The notes beneath the pieces are model-generated. The model made no database searches. It had not been told where the DNA came from and worked only from the letters and a program-made list of their open reading frames with translations. The position numbers and the translations under genes are program-made. A stretch of DNA of 64,000 nt from an uncultured Planctomycetota bacterium (lineage in GTDB: Bacteria > Planctomycetota > Planctomycetia > Isosphaerales > Isosphaeraceae): contig CAWJTV010000034.1 of assembly GCA_963845755.1 (NCBI GenBank), positions 416,001 to 480,000 of the forward strand. Direction: 5' to 3'. This document shows, piece by piece, positions 10,340 through 21,915 of this stretch (position 1 is its first letter; each line of letters starts with the position of its first letter).

Positions 10340-11267
10340 ATGATCGAAACGCATGATCTGACCAAGATGTACGGTGAGCTCTATGCTCTCAACCGGCTCA
10401 ACTTGACGCTGAACCAGGGGGACGTCTACGGCTTCATCGGCCCTAACGGGGCGGGCAAGACGACGACGATGCGGATCCTCGCCACGCTCCTGAATCCCTC
10501 CTGGGGTGAGGCGACCGTGTGCGGCTACTCGATCTACACCGGGTCGAAGGAGATCCGCCGCGTGATCGGGTACATGCCCGACTTCTTCGGCGTCTACGAC
10601 GATATGAAGGTGATCGAGTATCTCGAATTCTTCGCCTCGGCCTATCGGATCAAGGGCGCGGCGCGGCGGAAGATCTGCGAGGAGGTCCTCGAGCTGGTCA
10701 ACCTGACCTACAAGCGCGATGCCCTGGTGACCAGCCTCTCCCGCGGCATGACCCAGCGCCTGGGCCTGGCCCGCACGCTGCTCCACGACCCGCAGGTGCT
10801 GCTCCTGGACGAGCCAGCGTCCGGCCTCGACCCGCGCGCCGCGCATCGAGATGCGCGCGCTGCTCAAGGAGTTGCGATCCATGGGCAAGACGATCCTCGT
10901 CTCCAGCCACATCCTCCCCGAGCTGGCCGACATCTGCAACAAGATCGGCATCATCGAGCAGGGCTGCCTGCTGGTCAACGGCGAGGTCACCGAGGTGATG
11001 AGGCAGGTCCGTACCGACATCGTCCTGAACATCGCCGTCTCCGAGCGCATGACCGACGCCGCCAACCTCCTCGAGACCCAACCCGAGGTCGAGAACGTCC
11101 AGGACAAGAACGGGGTCCTGATTGTCAAGTTGAACGAGGGCGTCAACCAGTATGGCTTCCTGGCGAACCGGCTCGTCGAGCATGGGTATGAGCTGACCCT
11201 CTTCAAGGAGGACGAGATCAACCTCGAGACGGCCTTCATGCACCTGACCAAGGGGATCACGAGCTGA
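10340..11267 (+). CDS. ABC transporter ATP-binding protein (frameshift near 10840)
   Basis: GPNGAGKT, LSRGM, LLLDEP; SSH switch in the second frame. Confidence 0.9.
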
Positions 11268-11435
11268 CGGCACGAGGGGGGCTTGCCGCCCAGAGTTGCC
11301 GAAAGTGAGGGGGAACCCGACAGCGAGCGGGTCTACCCTCTGGGGCAACCGAGCAAAGCAAGACACGGCGAACGCGTCGGGGGGGCCGGCGCGCCGCCGT
11401 GTCGGATGTCGATCGCGATCGATCGGCTGAGCAGG

Positions 11436-12899
11436 TCAGGGTATAACCCCACCGATGGCCGTCACGAAGCCGGTCGGTGCCGGACCGGTCGTACTCTCCA
11501 GATTCGGGGGGGTTGCCAGCGACTGAATGAACGGAGGATTGGACTGGGATGATAAGCCGTAATTGATGAATAATCGGGAGTAGCCGTTGATGGTGCCCTC
11601 GGTGTACATGGTGTTGTAGATATTCCCGCTGATCGAGAAGACGCTGCCTGGGCTGATGGTGATCCCGCCCTGGATGAAGGAGCCAACCGAGGGAATCAAG
11701 ACGGTGATGAGCGAATTGGTGACGTTGGTGAAGTTGAGCGATAGGACATTGGAACCGGTGCCCGTCCCCTTGGGCGGCTGGGCGATCAGGCCGAGGTCCC
11801 GGTTGATCTGGAAATTGGCACCATTGGAGAGGGTGATGGCCCCGCCGACATTGAGCAAGTCGAGGTCGCGGCCGACGGTGATGCCGGTCCCGCTCCCGCT
11901 CAGGTCGATCCCATTGAGGACGTCCAGCGTGCTGAGGTCGCCGCCGGTCGTGATCGAGGCACCGGGCAGGATGGCGTCGAACGCGATCCGATCGATAGCC
12001 GAACTCCCGCTAACCTGCAACGGGCCGGACAATTCGGCGTCCTGGAAGCCCTCGATGTCGCCGATCGCACCGCTCGTGACCGAGATCTGGCCGATGTTGA
12101 GCAGGTGGACCCGGCCCGATTCACCGTATGCGAAACTCTTGGCGAAGCCCTTCCTCTGGGCTTGCCCGAGCGGGTTGATGGTCAGGTCGGTGTTGGTGGT
12201 CGAGCCGTCGATGATCAGCCCCACGCGGCCGCCCGGCATGGCGTAGGCCCGGATGGTACCGATCGGCTGGGGATAATTGCCGTTCTGCTCGGAGACGAGC
12301 GTCGTGGCCGTCGAGGCAGTCGCGTTCCCCTCCTGTCCGTTCGTTCCTTCGGCCGTGTTGGTCGCAATCGTATTCGAGGTATACGAAAGCCTGATCATGT
12401 AATGGGAGCCGTCGAGCGCGGTGACTTCCACGGCCTGGCCGCCCCGAGCCGTCTGAACCGCCACGGCGCTCTTCACCCGGAAGCCATGAACGTTGTTGAA
12501 ATGCGGGGCGTGAAGGGCCAGGAACGGCGGCTGTTTGAGGTTTTGAGCCGCCTTGGCACCGGGATGTTTGAGCAAATAGCGGCTGGCTTCGACGAACCGA
12601 GTTCCGGCCGACGTGCCCCCCGAGAGCATCACGCGGACCTCGAGGTGGCCGTCCACCGTCGGTTGGAAGGTGCGGGACGATGCCCGACGAGTTCCAGATA
12701 GCCACCCCGCTGGCTCGAGCGCCAGTCGGTGATGGCGGCTCGGTGCCAGGCGACCGATGGCCGACGACCAGCCCGTCCGACGGACTTCGCGGAGGAAGCC
12801 GACGATCGCCCTGCCCAGAAGGAGGCTCCACGTAGGCACCGCGGGCGCGGGTGATCCAGATGAGCGAGGAATGGCGTTTCTCGTGCAAGATTGCGTCAT
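11436..12899 (-). CDS. Planctomycete extracellular protein (LEPR-XLL/Planc_extracel-like motif, beta-rich G/T/I/N body)
   Basis: FQPTVDGHLEVRVMLSG motif; repeated TGGDL/VGRDL/INRDL units; AGGAGG RBS before ATG 12899. Confidence 0.7.
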   Translation of the reverse strand: MTQSCTRNAIPRSSGSPAPAVPTWSLLLGRAIVGFLREVRRTGWSSAIGRLAPSRHHRLALEPAGWLSGTRRASSRTFQPTVDGHLEVRVMLSGGTSAGTRFVEASRYLLKHPGAKAAQNLKQPPFLALHAPHFNNVHGFRVKSAVAVQTARGGQAVEVTALDGSHYMIRLSYTSNTIATNTAEGTNGQEGNATASTATTLVSEQNGNYPQPIGTIRAYAMPGGRVGLIIDGSTTNTDLTINPLGQAQRKGFAKSFAYGESGRVHLLNIGQISVTSGAIGDIEGFQDAELSGPLQVSGSSAIDRIAFDAILPGASITTGGDLSTLDVLNGIDLSGSGTGITVGRDLDLLNVGGAITLSNGANFQINRDLGLIAQPPKGTGTGSNVLSLNFTNVTNSLITVLIPSVGSFIQGGITISPGSVFSISGNIYNTMYTEGTINGYSRLFINYGLSSQSNPPFIQSLATPPNLESTTGPAPTGFVTAIGGVIP

Positions 12900-13331
12900 G
12901 CGACGATCCTCCTGATCGTAGCCAACCGGTGCTCGCGGAGTCCGCTTCGTCCCGCTCGACCCCGCGCCAGGCGGGCAAGGGCCGAACAACCTGTCGGCCC
13001 CTCGTGCTCCCTCCGGTTCCACCGGCGCACGAAGGACGATGATCGGGACTTTTCCGGTTGTCTCCTGAACTGCTTCCTCTTATCGGCGAGCCGGCGCACG
13101 GCCGCACGCTCGAACATCGGAATCACCCACTCCTCGGATCCTGCCGCGCGACTTGTGGGGGATCGCACGAAAGCGACAATCCTGCACACAGGGCCGATAA
13201 TGCCGAAAATAATGATTGTGCGGACGAGGATTCACGAAGGGTCCTCCACCGGGCCCGGGAAGCCGGAGCGTATGGTCTAACGCACCCTGGAGAGGGCGCC
13301 CGACGGTCGGTGCAGGGCATAACTCGCTGCG

Positions 13332-13646
13332 CTATCGACGAATCGACGACCAGCCCGACACGTTCCAGATGTTGCGCAACTGCTGACGGCACGGCTCCGG
13401 CAGATCGCCGGAGAAGGTCAGGCCAATCCGGCGGCCATCGACCACGCCGCGAACCTCGCCATGGAGGACGGCGTGGTGCCGACAAGCCTCACCGATCTCC
13501 TGGACAAACGCACGGGTAATCTGACCACGGGTCAGCCGAGGCACTCCCCCCCTGATCTGGACGACAAAGCGTGGACGTGGACGGCACGCGATCCAGAGTC
13601 CCCAGATGACCAGGGCCACCAGGGCCGCTTCGAAGAATACGATCAA
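13332..13646 (-). CDS. DUF3634-like small membrane protein
   Basis: N-terminal TM, then FVVQIRGG...RGQIT...LTFSGDLP...QQLRNIW. Confidence 0.7.
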   Translation of the reverse strand: MIVFFEAALVALVIWGLWIACRPRPRFVVQIRGGVPRLTRGQITRAFVQEIGEACRHHAVLHGEVRGVVDGRRIGLTFSGDLPEPCRQQLRNIWNVSGWSSIRR

Positions 13647-13835
13647 GGCTCATCCCCGCTCGATGACCACCGATGATCGATCGCGCCTTGACGGCAAGAA
13701 TCGCCGCGCAATCGCCGAACAGAGGTATCACGGTGGGGGTTCACCCGTCTTGTTTCCATTTTGATGAGAACCGTGGTTCATCATTCGTGACGAACCGTCT
13801 TGCCGAAATCCGGATCGAGGGCGGGGCGTATCAAT

Positions 13836-15146
13836 CTAACTGAACAGCTCGCGGACGAGCTTTTCCGCCGTCGACGACCTTGATCGGCCGGCCGATGGGG
13901 GTCATGGCCTCCTTGGTTGGGTTGACCTTGAGCGCGTGGCAGAACGACGCGAGAAGGTCGGGGACACCGACGGGATGGTCCTTGACCTCGGTGCCGTCGG
14001 GGTTGGACGCACCGATCACCTGACCACCCTTGACACCGCCACCGGCCAGGGCCACGTTGAAGACCCTGGGGAAATGGTCGCGGCCTGCGTTGCCGTTGAT
14101 CTTCGGCGTGCGGCCGAACTCGCCCATCCAGACGACCAGCGTGTGCTCGAGCCGGCCCAATCGCTTCAGGTCGGTGATCAGCGCGGCGAACGCCGGATCC
14201 ACCTGAGATGCCAGCTTGCCGACTGCGCTCATGATTCTGCTGATGAGTGTCCCAGCCGTTGCAGCGGACCTCGACGAACGTGACGCCCGCCTCGACCAGC
14301 CGGCGAGCGAGCAGGCAGCCCTGGCCGAAGGGGTTCCGACCGTAGGCCTCGCGAACTGGATCGGACTCTTCTTCGAGGTTGAACGCTGCGCATCTGGGGC
14401 GAGAGAATCATCCGGGCGGTCTGAGTGTACAAGGCGCGGTGGTCCCGGACCCGGTCCGAGCCACCGATCCGCTCGAAGCCCGCGCCTTCGAGCCGGTCGA
14501 GCAAGCCGAGCCGGCGTCGGAACCGCCCGTGGGGAACCTTAGGCTCCGTGTTCTCGGGCGGTTTCTCGGGGTTCTGGACGACGAACGGCTCGAGCGCGGC
14601 GCCCAGAAAACCCGCGCCGATCGTCGGCCCGCCGATGCTCACGATGTGCGGCAGGTCGAAGTGGCTCTGGCCCAGCTCCGACGCCACCGAGCAGCCGAGG
14701 TGCGGGTGCTTGAGCGTCGCCGATGGCACATAGCCGGTGTGGAGCTGGTAGGTGGTGCGCTGATGGTTCCCCTCTTTGTTGGTCATGGACCGCACCAGGG
14801 CGATGTCGTTCATCATCTTCGCCGTGGAATCCCAACCTTCCGCGATCGAGATCCCGGAGACGGCCGTCGCGATGGCCTTGGTCTCCCCGCCGTGCTCGGT
14901 CCCCGGTTTGGGGTCGAACGTCTCGAGCTGGCTCGGTCCGCCCGACATCCAGAGCAGGATGCAGGCCATCTGTTTCTTCCGGATGTCGGCCGCATGGACG
15001 GCCATCCAGTCGGTGAAGCTGAGCGGGATCGCCCCCGTCGCGGCCAGACCGGCCGCCCCCAGTCCGATCGTCCGGAGGAAATGCCGGCGCCCGATCACGC
15101 CCGCGCCGCTCATCGCCACCTGGACCAACTCGCGTTCCATGGTCAT
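13836..15146 (-). CDS. DUF1501 domain protein with Tat-like signal (frameshifts near 14387, 14224, 13861)
   Basis: [30 protein letters not shown] region, [12 protein letters not shown]...GRDHFP. Confidence 0.9.
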
Positions 15147-15306
15147 GACTATGGGCCTCGATCTGTTTCGGATGAATGAGTCGTCGTCTTGCTCAGGAGG
15201 TCGCGGTTCGGTCCGAGCCTCCCCGAACCGGAGATCGCTTGTGGGAATCCCGAATCACTTCGCATTGGGAAATGCTCAATCCGGTATCTCGAACCCGGAA
15301 GGATGA

Positions 15307-17326
15307 TCAGCGCCGGGTGACGAACTCGGTCGTGTTGATCAGACTCCAGTAGATGTCTTCGAACCCCTCGCGGCGATTGCCGACCGCGGCCAGGTAACGG
15401 CCACAGATTTCGACTTCCTTGGCCGTGGGGCCGCGAGAGAGAACGCGGAGATACAGCGCATCCAGCGCGGCCCGGTTATCGGGCGTGGCGGCGAGGATCT
15501 CGCCGAGGACGGTCCCCTGGCGCGCGGCAGTCCGGTTGTTGACCATCGGGCTATTCATCAGGAAGAGGGCCTGGGGGATCGAGCCCAGGACGTCGTCGTT
15601 GAGGACCGAGGGATCGATACCGAAGAGGCGATCGAACGCGAACCGCGGGCCGCCCCGCCGCAGGAGGGCACCGGCCTTCTTGGCGGGCACGGGCAGGCCG
15701 GCGGCTTCCAGGGACTTCTTGGCCGCCCCCTTGGACTGACCCTTGACGGAGTCGGACGCCAGTGCTCGCTTGGGATCGCCCAGGCTGACCGGGGCGTTCT
15801 TGCCCTTGGCCATGGCGCGGGTTGTTCCTCGGCAGCACAACATTGCCTTGATCGTCCTGGGGAAGTCCCAATGCCTGGGCCAGCGCTTCGAACACCTGGT
15901 CGGCGCGCATGCGGCTGGGGCATCCGGAGGCGAATGGGGTCTTGCCGGCCGCGGTGGCGGTCGAGCGGACGCGCCGCTGATAGGCCTCGGTGTTCATGAG
16001 CGTCCGAAAGAGCCAGCGGAGATCATAACCACCGCGCTGCCACTGTTCGGACAGGGGATCCAGGACTTCGGGGGCTCGGGCGGTCCGCTCCGGCCCGATA
16101 TCGTCGATCGGCTCGTAGAAGCCCTCGCCCATCAAGGCGTACCAGGTCCGGTTGATGAACGCCTTGGCGAACCAGGGGTTATCCTGGCCGGTGACATACG
16201 AGGCCGCCAGGTCCCGGCGTTGCGCGGGGCTCAGGGACTCGGGCAGGGCCGGCTCGGGAGTCTTCGATCCCGAGTGGGACAGGAAGAACCGCGGGGCGAT
16301 CGGGATCTGCTTGTTGGCATTGTCCTTGTCGGGCATGGAGTAGCGGGCGCGTGGCCGGTCTACGATGGCGAACACCGGGGGCTGACCCGGACTGGCCTTG
16401 ACGACCTGCCGCGGCTGGGCGCCGGCGAAGAACGCCGCGAATTCGTGGAACTGGACCTGCTTCCACGAATCGGTCTTGTGGTCGTGACACTGCGCACACT
16501 GGATCTGCACGCCGAGGAAGATCCGGGAAACCTCGCCGGCCATCTCGACGGGCCGGCCTTCATAGGCCAGCGCAAACGCCACCGCGCCGTTCTCGTCGTT
16601 GCGGCCGGTGGCCTGGATCAGCTTCGCCACGATCTCGTCCCAGGGCTTATTGGTGTGGAACTGCTCGGTCAGCCAGTCTTCCATCTCATCGAACCCGACC
16701 CGGGCCAGGTTTTCGTTGGTCGCATGGAACTTGACCACGTCGCGCCAGTACCGCGCCCAGTTCCGGGCCCAGTCCTTGCTATCGAGCAATCTCCCGATGA
16801 GACGGGCGCGCTTATCGCGAGAGCGATCCCGGACGAAGGCCACGTACTGCTCTGGAGTAGGAGGCTTGCCGATCAGGTCGAAGTACACCCGCCGGACGAA
16901 CTCGACGTCGGTCGTCTTCGGAGCCGGATCAACCTTGGGGTCGGTCTTGAACAGGTATTGCTGGACCAGGCGATCGAGCTCGGCCGAGGTGATCGTTGGA
17001 GGGGTAACCGACCGCGCCGGACGCTGTAACTTGACCGGAACAGCGCCTCGGCCGCCGGCGTGCTCTCCCTGCACCGCGGCATGGAGCTGGCGCAGGGCTT
17101 GGGTCAACTCGCGGGCATCTTGGGGCGTGAGCTTCGGCGTTTTCGACCCGTCCGCTGCCGACGGCCCGGATCCCGGCGCGGGGACGCTTTTCTGCCCCTC
17201 ACCAACCTGGAAGGCTCGCGCGCGCCCCGCCGCAACGACGACCGTGATGACAGCAAAGGCCACGACCACGCCCAGGACGGCGCCTCGCGCCCGTCCGCAT
17301 TCGATCGTTCGGCTGACCCTCTCCAT
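15307..17326 (-). CDS. DUF1549/DUF1553 (PSD) domain protein (frameshift near 15815-15840)
   Basis: FVRRVYFDLIG.PP, FLGVQIQCAQCHDH, NPWFAKAFINR, QALFLMNS, EDIYWSLINTTEF. Confidence 0.9.
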
Positions 17327-17934
17327 TTGGATCACAGCTTCCCCCTTCTTTCGTTCTGTACGATCCTGTGCGAAACGCCGTTGACGGACCGCGCCCAAAC
17401 GACTCCTTGTCCACCCCTTACTATATAACCCCAGATCGCTCCTCCAGTTTCGCAACAACACGGGGTCGGTTGCACGCGTCGGCTCGATCCGACGATCCCC
17501 CTTCCAGCCGGATCCGGTCAATAACAAGCACGCATTCAGTAAATGATCGATTCCTCCCTACATCCTAAGTATAGTCAACATGTGGCCAAAAACCCCGGGC
17601 TTATGTAAGTGTCGATTCGGATTCGACGACGAGATCAGCCTGTCGCCGGAAGGCGCCGTAAACCGGACCTGGGCTGTGCTCCTGGAAAGGTGCCAGGACG
17701 GCAATCTGCGCCCAATCCCGACGCTGGCCGAATTCGAGAAGTGATCCGTTCACCTGCTATGGTAGGTTTGCTTCGACGAGCGACGACGACAGAAAGCCAG
17801 CAATCGAGACCGACAACCGCGGGGTCGGATCGACTTTCCGGCGCTCCGGAGAGCTCGACGCTGAAATTATTATACTATCAATATATTTTTCGTGATAATC
17901 GACGCCCGTTCTTACCCCACTTCCCGGGGAATTG

Positions 17935-19773
17935 CTACGCCTCGGCCGTCTCTTTCCCGGCTGCTGGCGACGGAGGAACCGATCCCCATCCTGGTTGCCA
18001 CCAGCGTCCCACGAGCCAGGCGAACCATCTCGGTGCCGCCCCCGGCCAGATGCCGGCTTTCCTCATGCTGATCCCCATCGCGATCAGGAAGAAGATCATC
18101 CCCCAGACGATCTGGTCGAGGCCGACGACGATCTTGCGGAGGTGGTCGTAAGCGCCCCAGCCAGAGTGGGCCAGCCACGCGGCCAGGTTGATCGCCGCGC
18201 TGCCCAGGTACAACCGGTCCATGATCAGGAAGCTGTACGACCAGGCAGAGACGGCGATCAGCAGGGGATAGACGGCGATCAGTCCCGGTGCCATCGTCGG
18301 CCAGATCCGCGGATGTCCGGTCGCGGCGTCGAGTCCGAGCAGAAGCAGCGCCAGCGCACCGGAACGCCGGGCCAGGAGACCGAGTCCGTCGTCGAAGAGC
18401 GCGCCGAGGACCAGGAGCGACCCGATGGCCAGATGGAGTCCGATCGGCCAGAGCTCGATGGTCGGCCAGAGTTCGCCGACGCCGCGGGTGATTGCGCTGA
18501 CCAGGCAGCCCGCCGCCAGGACAGCCCGCCGGGAGTCGCGATTCCGCCAGGCCGCGAACGACAGCACCAACCCCGCTCCGCACATCGGCAGTGCGCGGGG
18601 TGCGACCAGCCAGGCGAGGTCGATCGATCGGGGGTCGACGACCGCCAGACTTGCCAGGCCGACGGCCATCAGGTCCCAGGCCCTTGGCACGCGACGCGCG
18701 ATCGCATAGGCCTGGAACAGCGTGGCCGCCAGCAATGCCACATAGGCCGGAGAGCCGCCCAGGGTCTGGATGAACATCTCCAAGAACGTGCGGTAGACCA
18801 GGTCGCCGCGATGTCCGGTCATCGCCAGAAATGCCAGGCCCAGCGGGAGGGCCGAGGCTACGGTCATGATGCGCCGGCGACCCGACGCGAGCCCGATCTC
18901 GAGCCAGACGAGGCTGACCGCCAGCCCGATCGGGACCAGGAAGTAAGGGCCGAAGATCGTGTGGCTCCCGCCCACGTAATGGAACGAGACACAGAGCGAC
19001 GAACATCGTACGGACAGGCCCCCCACCAGCACGATGAATAGCGCCCAGGGATACATCGGCCATCGCCAGGGACTGCCGTTTTTCTCCAGATACGCCCTTC
19101 CGCGCCGCGCCGCCGGCACAAGCGTCGCGACGGCCAGGCCGGCCAGTGGCGAGAAGCCGAAGAGCGCCCATTGCAAGGTCGGATTGTCCGGGTCTCCCAG
19201 GAGCGGGCTGATCGCGACCGGATACAGGAAGATCAGGGCCATGATCGCGTAGTAGGACAGCCGATACCAACCCGGCAGCCGGAGCCGGATCGTGTGCAGC
19301 ACCGCTTCCGTGACGACCACGGCGAAGAGCAACCCGCCGAGATAACCCAGAGTGCCCTTGCTCGAGCTGGCCGCCATCGTGTCATCGCAGCTCATCGCGA
19401 TTGCCAGGAACATCATCACCACCAGGATCAGCAAACTGCGCAAGTCGTCCCAGAGCCGGCCAACTCGGATCAGCACACAGGCGGTCGTCGCCAGTAGCAG
19501 CGTGTACCCTGCCAGGCTCAACGCCAGGGCCCAGCTCTGCGCGGCCGGTCCGCCGGCGCCGAACGACATCCTCAAACCGACGAACACGAGGTCCGCGCTC
19601 AGGATGTAAAACGGATTGCTCGTGTACAGGAACCGGACCAGGTTCCTCGCCGGCCTGGCCAGCCCGACACGACCCGAACCGCTCGAAGTCCCGACTGCGG
19701 CCGGCCGGGCCTCCACCGCGGCCGTAATGCCACGCTCGCCAAATCCTTCCCGACGATCGCCCGAAGCTTCCAT
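17935..19773 (-). CDS. Polytopic membrane hypothetical protein
   Basis: Many hydrophobic segments over about 610 aa; FLYTSNPFYILSA and LIRVGRLWDDLRS motifs. Confidence 0.75.
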   Translation of the reverse strand: MEASGDRREGFGERGITAAVEARPAAVGTSSGSGRVGLARPARNLVRFLYTSNPFYILSADLVFVGLRMSFGAGGPAAQSWALALSLAGYTLLLATTACVLIRVGRLWDDLRSLLILVVMMFLAIAMSCDDTMAASSSKGTLGYLGGLLFAVVVTEAVLHTIRLRLPGWYRLSYYAIMALIFLYPVAISPLLGDPDNPTLQWALFGFSPLAGLAVATLVPAARRGRAYLEKNGSPWRWPMYPWALFIVLVGGLSVRCSSLCVSFHYVGGSHTIFGPYFLVPIGLAVSLVWLEIGLASGRRRIMTVASALPLGLAFLAMTGHRGDLVYRTFLEMFIQTLGGSPAYVALLAATLFQAYAIARRVPRAWDLMAVGLASLAVVDPRSIDLAWLVAPRALPMCGAGLVLSFAAWRNRDSRRAVLAAGCLVSAITRGVGELWPTIELWPIGLHLAIGSLLVLGALFDDGLGLLARRSGALALLLLGLDAATGHPRIWPTMAPGLIAVYPLLIAVSAWSYSFLIMDRLYLGSAAINLAAWLAHSGWGAYDHLRKIVVGLDQIVWGMIFFLIAMGISMRKAGIWPGAAPRWFAWLVGRWWQPGWGSVPPSPAAGKETAEA

Positions 19774-20022
19774 GGTCCACCCCCTCGAAGCTCGCCTCAC
19801 GATGCCGCGATGCGGCGCAAATCACGATGTGGAGAAAGTCGATTCCACCCCTGCTTCGGATCGCCCGACATCTGAGAAAGGATCGGGCCGCGAGGCGAAA
19901 TCTCCCGTCATTATGACGTCCTGGGACATTTGTCGCAAGACGTTGGATGGGATTCTCGATGGTGGATCGGGTGTCGTGGGAAGTGAGTGTGCTTCACTCT
20001 CGGGTTGCGCACACCAGAAACC

Positions 20023-20077
20023 AACCGGAAGCGTCAGCGCGGGAAATGCCATCGGACCCGCACTAACGCTTCCGGTT
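20023..20077. repeat. REP-like palindrome, family B
   Basis: AACCGGAAGCGTCAGCGCGGG...CCCGCACTAACGCTTCCGGTT inverted arms. Confidence 0.75.
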
Positions 20078-20128
20078 AGAATAAGTGTGCTTCGTGTCGA
20101 GCTGTGCGCAAACCCTACGTGAGGCGCT

Positions 20129-20701
20129 CTAGGCGTCCGGGGACAACTCCTTGCGATATCGGGAGAACAATTCCTTGTGTAACTCCTTGGGGGAGAGCTT
20201 TTCGTGGGGACAGGTGAGTTGGTTCGGGGTTTCCCAACCGATCGAGATCCCCAGAGAGCGTAACCAGGCGCGGAGCTTCTTGAACCCCTCGCGGCCATAC
20301 TCTCGTTCCAGCAGCGTCTCGGCGAAGCGGGAGGCGATGCACAGGTGGAACTGACCCTCGTCGTCGAAAAAGACCAGTGGGGAGTCCGCCACGGGGCGGT
20401 GGGTCGGTCCGCGCCAGTAGCCGAGGTATTGTTCGTCCTCGTCTTCGGCGACGAACGCGATTAGGCGGCAGACCTCTTCGATCGCGCGGAGGTTTGCGAC
20501 GATATCCGCCTGGCTGAGCTCCTCCTCGCTCAAGTAGCTCGAATCCAGCCAGGGAGCCCATCCTTCGGCCCACTCCAGGCGGATTCCGGTCCGCTCCGCC
20601 AGCTCGTCGCGATGGGGCAACAGGATCTTCAGGTCGTCCGGCACGGGTTCCCCGCCGAGCCGGTTGCGGGAAAACTGTGACAGAATCTCCGTCGAATTCA
20701 T
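20129..20701 (-). CDS. Hypothetical acidic protein, possibly SMI1/KNR4(SUKH)-like
   Basis: GGAGG RBS; VPDDL, FVAEDEDEQYLGYW, PLVFFDDEGQF...SRFAETL pattern. Confidence 0.6.
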   Translation of the reverse strand: MNSTEILSQFSRNRLGGEPVPDDLKILLPHRDELAERTGIRLEWAEGWAPWLDSSYLSEEELSQADIVANLRAIEEVCRLIAFVAEDEDEQYLGYWRGPTHRPVADSPLVFFDDEGQFHLCIASRFAETLLEREYGREGFKKLRAWLRSLGISIGWETPNQLTCPHEKLSPKELHKELFSRYRKELSPDA

Positions 20702-21025
20702 GAACACGTCCTCCGCCGTCGTTTGGCCAGCTCCACCGACGCCGGGGTGAGGCCGGCAGGAATGAGAGCACCCGTTGGCCGCGAGGCACGGCCCCGGGTC
20801 CCGGATTGTACGGTATTCTCGCACGGAACCGAACCACGGACTTCGATTTCTTCCGGAACTTTCGAACGACCGGGCATCCTCGGCCCTTCAAGCCGACCGC
20901 CGAGGCGCGGTATCTTGAGATCGAGCCGGGAGCGTCGAAGATCAGCGCCGTTTGTGGAAGGTTCGTTCCCCCAACCGGAGAGCCCGCTCCCCAGGTCCTC
21001 GATTCCGGAAAACGGAGCACACACC

Positions 21026-21901
21026 ATGGCAAGCCGTGCAGCGACAGAGTGGCGATACGAGAAGCTCACCTGGCCCGAGATCAACGACGCGGTCGAGTTG
21101 GGGAAGGTCTGCGTGCTGCCTTGCAGCGCAGTGGAGCAACACGGCCCTCACCTGCCGCTCGACGTTGACGTCATCTGCCCCACGGAGATCGCTCGCGGCG
21201 CCGGCCGGACCATCCCCGAGAAGATGCTGTTGCTCCCCACGCATTGCTACGGCTACACAGGTCACGTGATGGACTTCCCAGGGACGATCAACACCCACTT
21301 CGAACACTTCATCGACGGCGTGCTCGACATCACCAAGAGCCTCGCCTACCACGGGTTCAAGAAGATCATCCTGCTCAATGGACATGGCTCGAACTGGCCC
21401 AACCTCGACCTGGCCGCCCGGCGGACTAACCTGGAAACCGACGCCGAATGCGTGCCGATCTGCTGGTGGGGCCTGTTGACGGTTGACAAGGAGTTCATGC
21501 CTCGATGGCGGGAAAGCAAGTTCCCGGGCGGTTGTTCGCACGCCTGTGAACTCGAGACTTCGCTGTATCTCTACCTGGACGGTGACAACGTCCGGAAGGA
21601 CCAGATCCAGAGCGGCACCATCTCGTTCAATAACGAAGACAGTCCGTTCATGTGGGTCGACCTGCTGGGCGCCGGGCCGGCAAGCCTCATCTCGTGGACG
21701 AGTAGCTATTCGGAGACCGGCGTGCTCGGCGACGCCGAGCTGGCCACGGTCGAGAAAGGACGGGTCGCTTACGAGGAGTCGGTCAAGCAGCTCGTCCGGT
21801 TCATCACCTGGTTCAAGGACCGTCCCAAGGATGTCCGCCGCGATCGTCATCGCACCCCGCCGACGATTCCGATGCCCTGGGGCCAGCAGCCTCTGCGGTG
21901 A
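21026..21901 (+). CDS. Creatininase family amidohydrolase
   Basis: EQHGPHLPLDVD, H.MDFPGT, LNGHGSN, HACELETS. Confidence 0.9.
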   Translation: MASRAATEWRYEKLTWPEINDAVELGKVCVLPCSAVEQHGPHLPLDVDVICPTEIARGAGRTIPEKMLLLPTHCYGYTGHVMDFPGTINTHFEHFIDGVLDITKSLAYHGFKKIILLNGHGSNWPNLDLAARRTNLETDAECVPICWWGLLTVDKEFMPRWRESKFPGGCSHACELETSLYLYLDGDNVRKDQIQSGTISFNNEDSPFMWVDLLGAGPASLISWTSSYSETGVLGDAELATVEKGRVAYEESVKQLVRFITWFKDRPKDVRRDRHRTPPTIPMPWGQQPLR

Positions 21902-21915
21902 CGAATGGGGCAGTC

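Noticed and set aside
17532..17574. Third copy of the conserved non-coding element (GCATT...CATCCTAAG)
   Set aside because: Only short matches, with different spacing; the other blocks are absent.
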